DNA of 64,000 nucleotides from Lewinellaceae bacterium (GTDB lineage: Bacteria > Bacteroidota > Bacteroidia > Chitinophagales > Saprospiraceae), in assembly GCA_020636075.1 (NCBI GenBank), contig JACJYO010000005.1:2926-66925 (forward strand). Reading direction: 5' to 3'. Each line of letters begins with the position of its first letter. Positions within the stretch are counted from its first letter, which is position 1. The notes beneath the pieces are model-generated. The model was not told where the DNA came from and made no database searches. It worked only from the letters and a program-made list of their open reading frames with translations. Made by a program: the position numbers and the translations under genes. Shown here piece after piece: positions 25,501 to 34,671 of this stretch.

Positions 25501-25646
25501 AAATCCTTCGCAGCCAGTCAATAGCTTCGCAAAGGGGGGCAAACACCCACCGGATCGATCTGGAGGGACTGCCCGCCGGCACCTATTGGGTACGCGTCTC
25601 CGGAAAGGATATCCGATTGGCAAAACCATTAGTGATCGCAAATTGA
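22503..25646 (+). CDS. T9SS-sorted partner-family protein, HYR/Ig-like variant
   Basis: Likely start MRGLKNKIAVLVLTCFLGSPTWA|Q. Family N-domain (TVDGTINTPADLTNETGALLQGNGQYQVSGDWNDSANFDAG). CQDITVYLDATGQASITAAEIDGGS and APTITCPANITTDNDMGACEALV (HYR-like). CTD LFPNPAVDQVKLTFEL...GTYWVRVSG. Confidence 0.8.
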   Translation: MRGLKNKIAVLVLTCFLGSPTWAQLYNKGTYVKVAPGITVNALNGVINSDGGTITVDGTINTPADLTNETGALLQGNGQYQVSGDWNDSANFDAGTSTVLLEGNTPGALNSGGGPFYNLILHHDVTLNNSIQIEQALSLINADFELNGSVITLSPGATMSEQPDNTVKGPLGHIITTRNLNAPGNQNVGGMGFELTTGADLGSTEIIRAHAPQTILGNAGILRYFDVTPSNNSGLNAGIVFHYDDSELNGNNESELDLYRSDDGGNSWIYVAGNRDPDANTYTATGIESFSRWTLSSGCPVSTQAACQDITVYLDATGQASITAAEIDGGSLGKCGIQTTSSSISTFDCSKLGRNNVTLTVSDLVGGSSSCTAVVTIEDNIAPTITCPANITTDNDMGACEALVTGLGYTSAADNCSLAVNWTLEKTPAETGITETVSGSNALGSSNIPVGTATLTYTVVDAGNNSANCSISITVNDNTPPDAVCQTHTVQLDIHGDATIAAANVDGGSSDNCGIQEITVAPDTFDESNLGSNNVTLTVTDVHGHMSSCSTTVTVTGRATALSYTGATDEQYSDQASLSATLLDDLTGDPIQGRELLFTIGSQTASATTDANGLASATIVLNQAPTGVNGASYTVDVDFIPAAGDWFLGSFQSQDFGIIPEDPIVTYTGVVYVSTGGANNSEATLTLTATIQDDPNDGYPGDVSNAVVQFYNSETGDTIGDPLNVMLVNPNDPSTGTVLQNWTVDIQNKDVESYEIGIKVLSYYHREFEADEIITVSRPLNDYVKGGGNFYLENSEGVYAGDDNSALRFSINGKFTPNGNNPKGKVHFLVDRLESDGIVHTYRFKSNNILSVGINSSTNDGWVTGKCSVQDVTDPGNPISLGGNRTFQVEVQDNGQPGALDSIGIAVYHQNGSLLFSSKWSGVQTLRDTLDKGDIEVSAGAQAMNAPPQNGPAGLSIKADKMTVGDIHLFPNPAVDQVKLTFELDADMDIRLEIVSTNGQILRSQSIASQRGANTHRIDLEGLPAGTYWVRVSGKDIRLAKPLVIAN

Positions 25647-25648
25647 CC

Positions 25649-25692
25649 ATATTCGTATTTCCCGGCCTCCGGTGGGAAATACGAATATTTTC
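25649..25692 (+). terminator. Hairpin (15-bp stem atattcgtatttccc / gggaaatacgaatat) followed by TTT, 3 nt after the stop
   Basis: Arms at 25649-25663 and 25674-25688, then tttctgg. Confidence 0.55.
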
Positions 25693-25776
25693 TGGCAGAC
25701 CTCGCTCCTGTTCCGGTCACAATCTTGTGGGTGGTTTGCGGGAAGTTTCCATGGGGATGGAATGGGAACTGACTAC

Positions 25777-25830
25777 CATCATGCGACTCCAGCCTGTCGA
25801 CAGGCCGGAGTCGCATGATGATCTTTTTAG
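25777..25830 (+). terminator. 22-bp-arm palindrome (one mismatch) followed by a T5 tract
   Basis: catcatgcgactccagcctgtc|gacaggccggagtcgcatgatg at 25777-25820, then atcttttt. Confidence 0.45.
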
Positions 25831-25856
25831 CCCGGAATTCGAATGAAGCTGTTTTT

Positions 25857-25922
25857 TTAATCTCTTTCTTTTGCACCGAAAAATTCGGTAAAAGCATCAC
25901 CCATGCCCGGGGAAGGGGGTAA
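25857..25922 (+). pseudogene. Second remnant of an AraC-type gene 3' end (last ~20 codons)
   Basis: LISFFCTEKFGKSITHARGRG*, compared with YFSTSFTEEFGQPPSSLKK* of the HTCS. It sits immediately before the direct-repeat pair. Confidence 0.4.
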
Positions 25923-25956
25923 ATGCGCATATAGTTCATGTCAATGCGCATATAGT
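25922..25956 (+). promoter_or_regulatory. Direct repeat AATGCGCATATAGT x2 with 21-bp phasing, upstream of fibre gene 26072
   Basis: Copies at 25922-25935 and 25943-25956. They are part of a ~200-nt block conserved with 18584-18790. Confidence 0.45.
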
Positions 25957-26071
25957 CCAAAGCCCTTTTCCCGTCTCCCTACACCTTTGCAACATCCGAT
26001 TAACGACTGGCCACGCTACCAGCGCCGCGCGGTCGTCAACGTATCATTTCACCATCATTTATTTGAAAATC

Positions 26072-27922
26072 ATGAAACATTTTCTTTGCCTTCTGAGCAT
26101 GCTGCTTTGCCTGCTGTTTTTTTCAGCGGGTCTTTTTGCCCAGGTAGCCATAAACCAGGACAACTCCAACCCCAACCCCTCCGCCATGCTCGACGTCAAG
26201 AGCAGCAACAAAGGCATGCTCGTACCCCGAATGACCAGCACGCAACGTATGTCTATTGCCAGCCCTGCCACCGGCCTGTTGGTATTTGACGAAACGACCG
26301 GCGGCTTTTGGTTTTACAACGGTACCGTTTGGCAAGACTTGTCAGCCGATGCGGATACAGACCCAGCCAACGAGTTGCAAAACATCTCTGGCGTACTGGC
26401 TCAGGGCAACGACGCCGGTGGTACAGACATCACGAATCTGGGGGCTGTATCAGCGACTTCCTTTGTCGGCGACGGTTCGGGGTTAACGGGTACCCCCGAC
26501 AACCAAAACCTCAGTCTTAGCGGTACTACACTGAGCATCGAGGATGGCAACAGCGTGAATTTGGCCACCCTTCCCGGCGACAACCTCGGCGACCACACGG
26601 CTGCGCAGAATCTTAAACTCAACAGCAACTGGCTCTCCGGTGATGGTGATGACGAAGGTGTTTTTGTGGATTCAAATGGCAATGTCGGTATTGGTACTGC
26701 CACGCCCAAGGAAGCCCTGCACGTCAACGGCGACTATTACGGCAAAGGACACATCTGGCTGCATGCCTATGAAGGCGACGGCAATTCGGGTACTGCCTAC
26801 GTGCAGGCGCGCGACGATTCGGGCACTTCCAGCATCGGCATGCAATTGCGCACCCAAAATGGCGGGAGCATTGTAAATGCGCTTGCCATCGCGCCTTCCG
26901 GCACTGTTAGTACTTCCGGCAATGTCGGCATCGGCACCACCACGCCGGACGCAAGACTGGATGTTGGCGGCGGCAACATTGCGCTTAACGGTGGCTGGCT
27001 TTCCCGTGATGGTGACAACGAAGGTGTATTTGTCGCCTCCGATGGCAATGTCGGCATCGGCGCCAGTAACCCAATAAACAGGTTGGCAGTAACCGAAAAT
27101 GTATCAGGAACCAATCTTGGCCCTTCCAATTATGTTGCGCAACTTCGGAATACAAATACAAATGGAACCGTGCAACAAGGCGTCATGGTGCTTGTATTTG
27201 ATGCGAACCTTTCCGGTGAACCGGGCAATGGCAACTGGATTCAGTTTGTACAGAATAATATCGTCTCCGGCAAAATCGAAAACAACAGCAACGGCAATGC
27301 CCAGTACGCAACCACCGGCGCGGATTACGCGGAATCGTTGGAACGCCTGGATCACGACGAAGAGATTGCCGACGGCGAAGTGGTGGGCGTGTTCGGCGGC
27401 AAGATCAGCAAGCGCACCGAAGGCGCCGATTGGGTAATGGCCGTGAGCGACAATGCAGCGGTGCTCGGCAATGCAATTTATGACGGCACGGAAGAAAATT
27501 ACGAAATCGTCAGCTTCATCGGCCAGGTGGGCGTGCAGGTGCGCGGCACAGTGAAAAAAGGCGATTACATCGTCGCATCCGGACTGAATGACGGTACTGC
27601 CATCGCGGTGTCGCCGCAAGCCATCACACCGGAACAGGGCAACCGCATCGTCGGCCGCGCCTGGGAATCGAAGGCGAGCGAAGCCGTCGCGCGCGTCAAC
27701 ACCGTGGTGGGTCTGCCGGAAGCAGCCTCCACTACAATGGCTTTGTCCAAACGCGTTGAAGCGCAAAAAGAAGCGATCATTACGTTGAAAGCGCAGGTTG
27801 CTGCGCTTCAAGCCCAAAATGTTACGCTAACCAGCCAGAACAGCGCTTTTGAACAACGCTTTGAACAACTTGAAGCAGCTTTTTACCAACGACAAACCGA
27901 ACGTTCGAGCAGCCGCAAATAA
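26072..27922 (+). CDS. Exported tail-fibre-like protein with the alternative (Peptidase_G2-like) C-terminal module
   Basis: ATG 26072, MKHFLCLLSMLLCLLFFSAGLFA|QVAINQDNSNPNPSAMLDVKSSNKGMLVPRMTSTQR. LSLSGTTLSIEDGNSVNL. GADYAESLERLDHDEEIADGEVVGVFGGKISKR...AVLGN...FIGQVGVQVRGTVKKGDYIVASG. Coiled tail. Confidence 0.8.
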   Translation: MKHFLCLLSMLLCLLFFSAGLFAQVAINQDNSNPNPSAMLDVKSSNKGMLVPRMTSTQRMSIASPATGLLVFDETTGGFWFYNGTVWQDLSADADTDPANELQNISGVLAQGNDAGGTDITNLGAVSATSFVGDGSGLTGTPDNQNLSLSGTTLSIEDGNSVNLATLPGDNLGDHTAAQNLKLNSNWLSGDGDDEGVFVDSNGNVGIGTATPKEALHVNGDYYGKGHIWLHAYEGDGNSGTAYVQARDDSGTSSIGMQLRTQNGGSIVNALAIAPSGTVSTSGNVGIGTTTPDARLDVGGGNIALNGGWLSRDGDNEGVFVASDGNVGIGASNPINRLAVTENVSGTNLGPSNYVAQLRNTNTNGTVQQGVMVLVFDANLSGEPGNGNWIQFVQNNIVSGKIENNSNGNAQYATTGADYAESLERLDHDEEIADGEVVGVFGGKISKRTEGADWVMAVSDNAAVLGNAIYDGTEENYEIVSFIGQVGVQVRGTVKKGDYIVASGLNDGTAIAVSPQAITPEQGNRIVGRAWESKASEAVARVNTVVGLPEAASTTMALSKRVEAQKEAIITLKAQVAALQAQNVTLTSQNSAFEQRFEQLEAAFYQRQTERSSSRK

Positions 27923-27933
27923 AACAAGCCGTA

Positions 27934-30108
27934 ATGAAAAATCTTTTTCTAAGTTGCATACTCAGTACCCTTTTCGCGCAGTTGGTACAGGCCCAAAGCC
28001 AGGTTAACGCCGCGGACCTCTCCGTATTCCCCGGCACCTATTTTATTTCCCTGAATGGGATAGTAAACACCAACGGTGGTACCATCACCATCGACGGCAC
28101 GCTGCGTACCCCCGGCGACCTGTCGAATTCCGCCGGCGCCACCCTTCAGGGCAGCGGCCAGTACCACATCGGTGGTGACTGGACCAACAGCGCCACCTTC
28201 AATGCCGGTTTATCCACCATAACTTTTGAGGGCGACCAAAACAGCACTGTTACTTCCGGCAGCGACGCCTTTTACAGCATACAGCTCAACAAATTGGCTG
28301 CCGACCTCTTGCCGGCCGACAACATGAACATCACCAATACACTCGACTTTCAGGCAAGTGAAAACTATGTCGTTCTGACCGACTTTAATCTCCAGGCCGG
28401 GGCTATTCTCGGCTATGAAGCATCCCGGCATGTGCGCACTACGGGTACCGGATTTCTGATTCGCACCGTGGGCGCATCCCCGGTGGTGTTTCCCGTCGGC
28501 AACACGGGCTACAATCCCGCTACCCTGACCAATGCGGGCGCCAGCGACCAATACCACGTGCGGGTCGCCGAAAATGTGTTAAACGGCGGCTATTCCGGCA
28601 GTGCATACCTTACCGACGCTGTAGACCGCAGCTGGTTTGTGGAAGAAGCCACCCCAGGTGGTTCCGACCTGACGCTGGACCTGCAGTGGAACGGCAGCGA
28701 AGAACTTGCCGGCTTCGACCGCACCGTGGCCTATGTATCGCACTTCGACGGCGGCAGCTGGGACGATCAGGCTACATCGGCTGCCACCGGCGCCGATCCT
28801 TATTCCCTGAGTCGTACAGGCATCACTGCACTTTCGCCTTTTGCCGTACTGGGCGCCAATTTTCAACCCACGATCGATATCCTGGGTCAGATCCTGTGGA
28901 AGGGCGACGGCTTCACCGGAGTGCAAGACGCCACTGTGCATGCCAGTGGCGACCTGAATGGCATCACATCTACCGATGTCAATGGTAACTATAGCCTCAG
29001 CCTGGCCGGAAACGGCAATGTTTCAATTGCACCAACAAAAACGATCAACCTGCTCAACGGGGTGAACGTAGGCGATGCCCTGGCCATCCAGCAGCATTTG
29101 GTGGGCATCAACCCGATCAGCGACCCGTATGCCTGGATCGCCATGGACGTTAACCGCGACGACAAGATTTCCACCTTCGACGCCGTCCTGATTCGCCAGG
29201 CCCTGCTTGGCAACCCACAGGCGCTGAAGATTTTCAACAAATCCTGGCGCTTCGTGCCCCAGGCCTACTCGCTGGCCCTGCCGCCCTGGGGTTTTCCCGA
29301 GCAGATCGACCTGACGGGGGTGGTCAGTAATCAAACCGGTCAGGATTTCTATGGCGTGAAGATCGGCGACGTGATCGCCACCTATGCCAATCCGGCCAAT
29401 TTCGGGGCGGGTATGGCGCCTTTAGTCTTGCACGTGCAGGATCAAAACCTGGAAGCCGGGCAAGACCTGGAGGTAAGTTTTTCAGCCGACTACCTGCAAG
29501 ATGTGGCAGCCTGGCAATTTGGCCTGCAGTTCAATCCGCAATACCTCGACCTGCAGGCCGTAGAACCACTCACCGCACTGCCCTTAAACGCAGACAACTT
29601 CAGTCTTTCGGACGATGCGATTCGGGCAGTCTGGACATTTCCCGGCGGCTCCGAACTGGAGGAAGGCTCGACTTTGTTCCGCCTGCGGTTTAAAGCACTG
29701 GCCTCTGGTGTGCGGCTGAGCGATGTGCTGAGCCTGGAAAGTTCTATCCTTCCCGGTGTCGTTTTTGATCGAAACCTGCAACAGGCCCCGGTAGCCTTGC
29801 AGTTTAACCAAACCACAAGCACCGGTGCATTAGCCGATGTCGTACAATTGTTTGAAAACTGGCCCAATCCATTCATTGATAAAACGACCATCGCATTTAT
29901 GTTGCCACCTGGCGGCGGCTGCGACGTGCTATTGCGCATTTACGATACTGCAGGCCGGGAGTTATGGCGCACCAACAAATATTACCCTGGCGGCTACAAC
30001 ACCGAGCAGGTACAGCTGGGCGCCACAGCAGCTTCCGGGGGCTTGTTTTATGAATTGACTACGCCGTTTGGTACGCAGGCAAAACCAATGGTAAAGACTT
30101 CGCGATAA
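27934..30108 (+). CDS. T9SS-sorted partner protein (intact; dockerin-like + cohesin-like + CTD)
   Basis: 724 aa, starting 11 nt after the fibre stop. GATLQGSGQYHIGGDWTNSATFNAG. DVNRDDKISTFDAVLIRQALLG. QDLEVSFSADYLQDVAAWQFGLQFNPQYLDLQAVE. CTD WPNPFIDKTTIAFMLP...LLRIYDTAGRELW. Confidence 0.8.
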   Translation: MKNLFLSCILSTLFAQLVQAQSQVNAADLSVFPGTYFISLNGIVNTNGGTITIDGTLRTPGDLSNSAGATLQGSGQYHIGGDWTNSATFNAGLSTITFEGDQNSTVTSGSDAFYSIQLNKLAADLLPADNMNITNTLDFQASENYVVLTDFNLQAGAILGYEASRHVRTTGTGFLIRTVGASPVVFPVGNTGYNPATLTNAGASDQYHVRVAENVLNGGYSGSAYLTDAVDRSWFVEEATPGGSDLTLDLQWNGSEELAGFDRTVAYVSHFDGGSWDDQATSAATGADPYSLSRTGITALSPFAVLGANFQPTIDILGQILWKGDGFTGVQDATVHASGDLNGITSTDVNGNYSLSLAGNGNVSIAPTKTINLLNGVNVGDALAIQQHLVGINPISDPYAWIAMDVNRDDKISTFDAVLIRQALLGNPQALKIFNKSWRFVPQAYSLALPPWGFPEQIDLTGVVSNQTGQDFYGVKIGDVIATYANPANFGAGMAPLVLHVQDQNLEAGQDLEVSFSADYLQDVAAWQFGLQFNPQYLDLQAVEPLTALPLNADNFSLSDDAIRAVWTFPGGSELEEGSTLFRLRFKALASGVRLSDVLSLESSILPGVVFDRNLQQAPVALQFNQTTSTGALADVVQLFENWPNPFIDKTTIAFMLPPGGGCDVLLRIYDTAGRELWRTNKYYPGGYNTEQVQLGATAASGGLFYELTTPFGTQAKPMVKTSR

Positions 30109-30363
30109 CGTATTCTATAGATTTTTATAGAGAATTTATTGAAAAAATTGTGGCTGGACACAGGCTTTACTATGCCAGGTGCCGGATTCTAGGATGCTGC
30201 ATCTGGCCATCCATGCCTTTGTAGGCAATCAGTTCCCCTTGAGGTCAGGTATCGTCTGCTATATTGATAATGCGGCTGTCTTTTTACCGAATTTGAGCAG
30301 GTGTTTTGACGCTTCAAGCGGCGCGATATTTGCCAGACCGTAATTCGCTGAACCCGGCTACAT

Positions 30364-33300
30364 TTGTCTGTGCTTTTCTTCCGCCATATCCGGTCTGTCT
30401 TATTTACCCTGGCAGTGGTTTGGGGTGGAACCTTATTTTTGCAGGCGCAACATGCCGGCCCGGCCCTGGAAACGCTGACGGTGGAAGACGGGCTCTCACA
30501 GGGTTATGCGAACACCTTTTTTCAGGATAGGGAAGGGTTTATTTGGATCGGTACGCGGAATGGTTTAAACCGCTATGATGGCTTTCGGTTCAAGGTGTTC
30601 GGTTATGATCCGCTTGACCCGTATTCAATTTCGAGCAGCCATATTAATTCTATTCAGGAATCTGGCGACTTTCTCCTGTTTGGCACCAACGAAGGCTTAA
30701 ATCTGTTTCACAAAAAAAGCCAGCGTTTTTATCGGTTACACGCTACGGACGATTTTGACCGAATATTGCAACATGCGAAGTTCTACAATATTTCCGTGGA
30801 TGAAGACGGCCGGGTATGGTGCCGGGTTTATATGGATAAAAATCACCCCATGCTTGTCCGGATTAAGCTCCAGATGCCGCTGTCTGAAATCAAAAACGTC
30901 ACGCCGGAAAACCTTACCGTTTCTGCTTACAAAACATGGGATAACAATGGCGCCGGGATCAATTCTTTTAAAGCGTTAGGCAGTAAAATTTGGGCTGTTT
31001 CAAAACGGCAAATTTTTAGCATTGACACCAAAACGGAACGCCTGGAATACCTCGACGTTCACTTGCCGAAACCATTCAATGCTTCCGATGCTTCTGGCGG
31101 CGCTGTTTGGTACTTTGCCGTTGACGGAATCGGCCGGCTTTCAGGAACGGACTGGAAGTGGTGGGAAACAGATTTCCAGCCCAGGTCTATTTTATTTTTG
31201 GAAGATTCCCGCACGCTTTTGGTGCTTTCAGACAATAAGGTACTGCGATTTGATGAACAGGCCTTGACCAAGAAACAGATCCAGGCAGCGGATGCGGAAA
31301 TATTGTTGGAAGCCGAAAAAGGAACGTTTATCGCTGCATTCCGCGACCGTTCCGGCTTGCTCTGGTTTGGCACCAACGGCTTTGGGCTGTTTAAGTATGC
31401 AGCGACGAAAAACCGCTTCAAAATCTATCTCGGGGGGTATTCGATCAAAGTGCCTTTGGCCGTTGACAGAGCTGGACATTTTGGTTATTATGCACCAATA
31501 GCCAAAGAGTGGATTTTTTCGTCGCCGGAACATAGTTATAATACTACCTCAAAACGCTTTAATCCGTTTACCCGTCTGTTCGTCGACCATATGGGCAGGG
31601 AATGGCTGTTTACGCCGGAAGGGAAAGGGCTGATGCTATACTGCCAATCGGGCAACAAAGGGGACTGGGAACAAATCGGTGCTTTACCCGGTCCTTACAA
31701 ACCTTATTTTGCTTTATCCGCTGATACGAATGGTGCAATTTGGATTGCTTTCAACCAAAGTTTGTTCAAATTAAAGTCATCGGGACAACTTGACGGAACA
31801 TTCGGCTTTGCCGACAAATTGACTAATTCAAACCGCATTACCGCCCTGCAACGAACACAAGGCGGCGTGTGGTGGATCGGTACAGACAATGGTTTACTTC
31901 AGGCTGTGCCCGAAAAAACGGGTTTTACATTCAAGATGTTCTACGTAAAACCAGGCAACAGTCAGGGCATTCAAAATAACTTCATCACCAGCCTGCTCAC
32001 CGATCCGCAACAGGATCACATACTCTGGATCGGCACCCAGGGTGGCGGCATGAGCCGCCTGGATACCCGCCGTATGGCGTTCGGGCATTTCAATACGCGA
32101 ACGGGATTCCCGGATAATGTGGTGTACGGCATTTTAGCCGATAATGACGGGCATCTGTGGATAAGTACAAACAGGGGGTTGGTACGCTTCGACACCAAAA
32201 CACAGGCCCTGAAACAATATACCGTGGAAGACGGCTTACCGACTGATGAATTCAACGTCTGGGCTTATGCAAAAAGCCCGGACGGATCCTTGCTTTTCGG
32301 CTCGGTGAAAGGATTGGTCGCTTTCAACCCAAGGAATTTTTCCGATAATCCGGTCGTCCCCCGGGTGGTATTTACGAGCCTGGAAATCAACAATCGCAGG
32401 GTAGTTTTTGGCGATTCTACCGGCTTGCTAAACCAGGCTATCGAATTTGTAAAAGAAATAAAAATACCCTTTGCTCAAAACAGTATTGCGCTGGAATTTG
32501 CTGCGCTGGAATTCACAGCACCTACCAAAAACAGGTACCGGTATTATCTGAAAGGTGCCGAACCCGAATGGGCACATACCTCGGCGGACCACCGGGCGAG
32601 TTACCTGAATCTTGCGCCGGGCCGGTACACCTTTATAGTCAAAGCCTGCAATAACGACGGTGTCTGGAGCGATGTGCCGACTATTTTAACCTTCACAGTG
32701 TTGCCACCCTGGTACCGTACCTGGTGGGCTTATCTGTTTTATGCTATTTTCCTGGGTGGAGGGGCTTTCCTTTTTTACCGATACCAGGTACGGCAACAAT
32801 TGGCGCGTGCAGAACACCTGCGCCTGAAAGAGCTGGACGCTTTTAAGTCGAGGTTGTTCACCAATATCACCCATGAGTTCCGAACACCACTAACGGTCAT
32901 TCAAGGCATGGCAGGTGAGCTGGCAACATACAGCAAGGAGAAACCGGGCAGCCGTTTCTGGCAGGCCAGTCAGCTTATTCGGCGCAATAGCGACGCGCTG
33001 CTGGGCCTGATCAACCAATTGCTCGACCTGGCCAAACTTGAGGCCAACGCGATGACCTTGCATCTCACCGAAACCGACCTGGTTCCATTTATTAAATACC
33101 TGACCGGCAGCTTCGAATCCTTGGCTGGCGGAAAGGATGTTCAGGTACACCTGTTTTGTTCAATAGATTCCATCCCCATCGCTATCGATAAAAATCAGGT
33201 GCAAACGATCTTGACCAACCTGCTTTCCAATGCCCTGAAATTCACACCGGCCAACGGCGACATCGATATCCGCCTGGAAAAAATTGCCGATTGGCAAAAC

Positions 33301-34464
33301 CAGCTTGGGCCAGAATATTTTCAGGCCGTTACTCCGGCAGCGGAATCATCAACCGAATGGGTATCTATCCAGGTACGCAATACCGGTCCCGGCATCGAAG
33401 CGGCACAGCTGCCGCATATTTTCGACCGTTTTTACCAGGCCGACCATGCGGAAAGCCGAAGTGGTATGGGTTCTGGAATCGGCCTGGCCCTGGTCAAGGA
33501 ACTGGTTCAACTGATGCAGGGCGCCCTTGCAGTTAAAAGCACACCCGGTGCGGAAACGGAGTTTGTTGTAGTCTTGCCGGTGGTACAGGCGCCAGAAAAA
33601 GACATATTGTCTGATTTTTCAATCACAACGCCTACACCAGCGCCCATCGGGATGTCGGGCGCCGAACCATTACCAGCCAGTATGGTCACGCCGGAAACTT
33701 CGGGTGATGTGCCCAGCCTGTTGATTATTGAAGACAATGCCGATGTGCTGCATTATATCACCGCCTGTGTGGAAGGTGCATATCAAATAACAACGGCGCC
33801 CAATGGCCAGCAAGGTGTCGATCAGGCTCTGGAAACCGTTCCGGATATCATCATCAGCGACATTATGATGCCCTTGAAAGACGGTTTCGAGGTAGTCGAC
33901 ACGCTAAAAAATGACACGCGCACCAGCCATATACCGATCGTCCTGTTAACGGCAAGAGCCGACCTCGGTTCCCGCATCAAAGGCCTGGAGCGCGGCGCCG
34001 ATGCCTATCTTGCAAAACCATTTGATAAAACGGAACTGTTGGTACAACTCCGAAATCTGCTTGAGCTTCGACGCAAACTACAGGCGCGCTATGCCAACGG
34101 GACCGCTATCTCCGGTGAACAGCCGAAAACAAGCCGGGAAGTATTTCTGGAAGATGCCTTTATCCAAAAAGTGCAGGCTGTCATGGAAGTTCATATGCAG
34201 GATGAAGACTTTGACGTTCCTGGTTTGTGCAAGGCCCTTGCCATGAGCCGTACCCAACTGCACCGCAAAATGAAAGCGCTTACCGGCAAATCTGCCACCC
34301 ACTACATCCGTTCCGTCCGCCTGCAAAAAGCCCGGCAACTGTTAAGCACCACCGATATGACCGTTTCGGAAGTTGCTTTTGAAGTTGGCTTTCGGAATTT
34401 ACCCTACTTCTCCACCTCTTTCACCGAAGAATTCGGCCAACCGCCCAGCAGCCTGAAAAAATAG
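30364..34464 (+). CDS. Hybrid two-component system sensor/regulator (propeller repeats, Y_Y_Y, TM, HisKA, HATPase, REC, AraC-type HTH)
   Basis: 1366 aa; the start is uncertain (TTG 30364 or GTG 30370). FIWIGTRNGLNRYDG-type repeats. RYRYYLKGAEPEWAH...GRYTFIVKACNNDGVWS. ITHEFRTPLT. GSGIGLALVKELVQLMQG. IISDIMMPLKDGF...ADAYLAKPF. SVRLQKARQLL...EVGFRNLPYFSTSFTEEFG. Confidence 0.9.
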   Translation: MSVLFFRHIRSVLFTLAVVWGGTLFLQAQHAGPALETLTVEDGLSQGYANTFFQDREGFIWIGTRNGLNRYDGFRFKVFGYDPLDPYSISSSHINSIQESGDFLLFGTNEGLNLFHKKSQRFYRLHATDDFDRILQHAKFYNISVDEDGRVWCRVYMDKNHPMLVRIKLQMPLSEIKNVTPENLTVSAYKTWDNNGAGINSFKALGSKIWAVSKRQIFSIDTKTERLEYLDVHLPKPFNASDASGGAVWYFAVDGIGRLSGTDWKWWETDFQPRSILFLEDSRTLLVLSDNKVLRFDEQALTKKQIQAADAEILLEAEKGTFIAAFRDRSGLLWFGTNGFGLFKYAATKNRFKIYLGGYSIKVPLAVDRAGHFGYYAPIAKEWIFSSPEHSYNTTSKRFNPFTRLFVDHMGREWLFTPEGKGLMLYCQSGNKGDWEQIGALPGPYKPYFALSADTNGAIWIAFNQSLFKLKSSGQLDGTFGFADKLTNSNRITALQRTQGGVWWIGTDNGLLQAVPEKTGFTFKMFYVKPGNSQGIQNNFITSLLTDPQQDHILWIGTQGGGMSRLDTRRMAFGHFNTRTGFPDNVVYGILADNDGHLWISTNRGLVRFDTKTQALKQYTVEDGLPTDEFNVWAYAKSPDGSLLFGSVKGLVAFNPRNFSDNPVVPRVVFTSLEINNRRVVFGDSTGLLNQAIEFVKEIKIPFAQNSIALEFAALEFTAPTKNRYRYYLKGAEPEWAHTSADHRASYLNLAPGRYTFIVKACNNDGVWSDVPTILTFTVLPPWYRTWWAYLFYAIFLGGGAFLFYRYQVRQQLARAEHLRLKELDAFKSRLFTNITHEFRTPLTVIQGMAGELATYSKEKPGSRFWQASQLIRRNSDALLGLINQLLDLAKLEANAMTLHLTETDLVPFIKYLTGSFESLAGGKDVQVHLFCSIDSIPIAIDKNQVQTILTNLLSNALKFTPANGDIDIRLEKIADWQNQLGPEYFQAVTPAAESSTEWVSIQVRNTGPGIEAAQLPHIFDRFYQADHAESRSGMGSGIGLALVKELVQLMQGALAVKSTPGAETEFVVVLPVVQAPEKDILSDFSITTPTPAPIGMSGAEPLPASMVTPETSGDVPSLLIIEDNADVLHYITACVEGAYQITTAPNGQQGVDQALETVPDIIISDIMMPLKDGFEVVDTLKNDTRTSHIPIVLLTARADLGSRIKGLERGADAYLAKPFDKTELLVQLRNLLELRRKLQARYANGTAISGEQPKTSREVFLEDAFIQKVQAVMEVHMQDEDFDVPGLCKALAMSRTQLHRKMKALTGKSATHYIRSVRLQKARQLLSTTDMTVSEVAFEVGFRNLPYFSTSFTEEFGQPPSSLKK

Positions 34465-34497
34465 GCCTTCAGCATCTTTCAGAGGCGGTTTTCTTGC

Positions 34498-34539
34498 ATT
34501 TGGAACATATCCGAAAACATTTGGAACATATCCGAAAAC
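34498..34539 (+). promoter_or_regulatory. Perfect tandem direct repeat 2 x 21 bp (ATTTGGAACATATCCGAAAAC), between HTCS stop and fibre gene 34672
   Basis: Copies at 34498-34518 and 34519-34539, followed by a degenerate third core acggaatatgg. Confidence 0.5.
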
Positions 34540-34671
34540 ACGGAATATGGCCGGGCCAGCACTTTTGTGTCATCCTCCCATTGAAGTTGTAACGGCTGAA
34601 CTCAAACACTGCTGGCTACCCTGTGCGGCATCTGTTCAGACGGCATTTTGAATCATTAAAATCTGAACACA

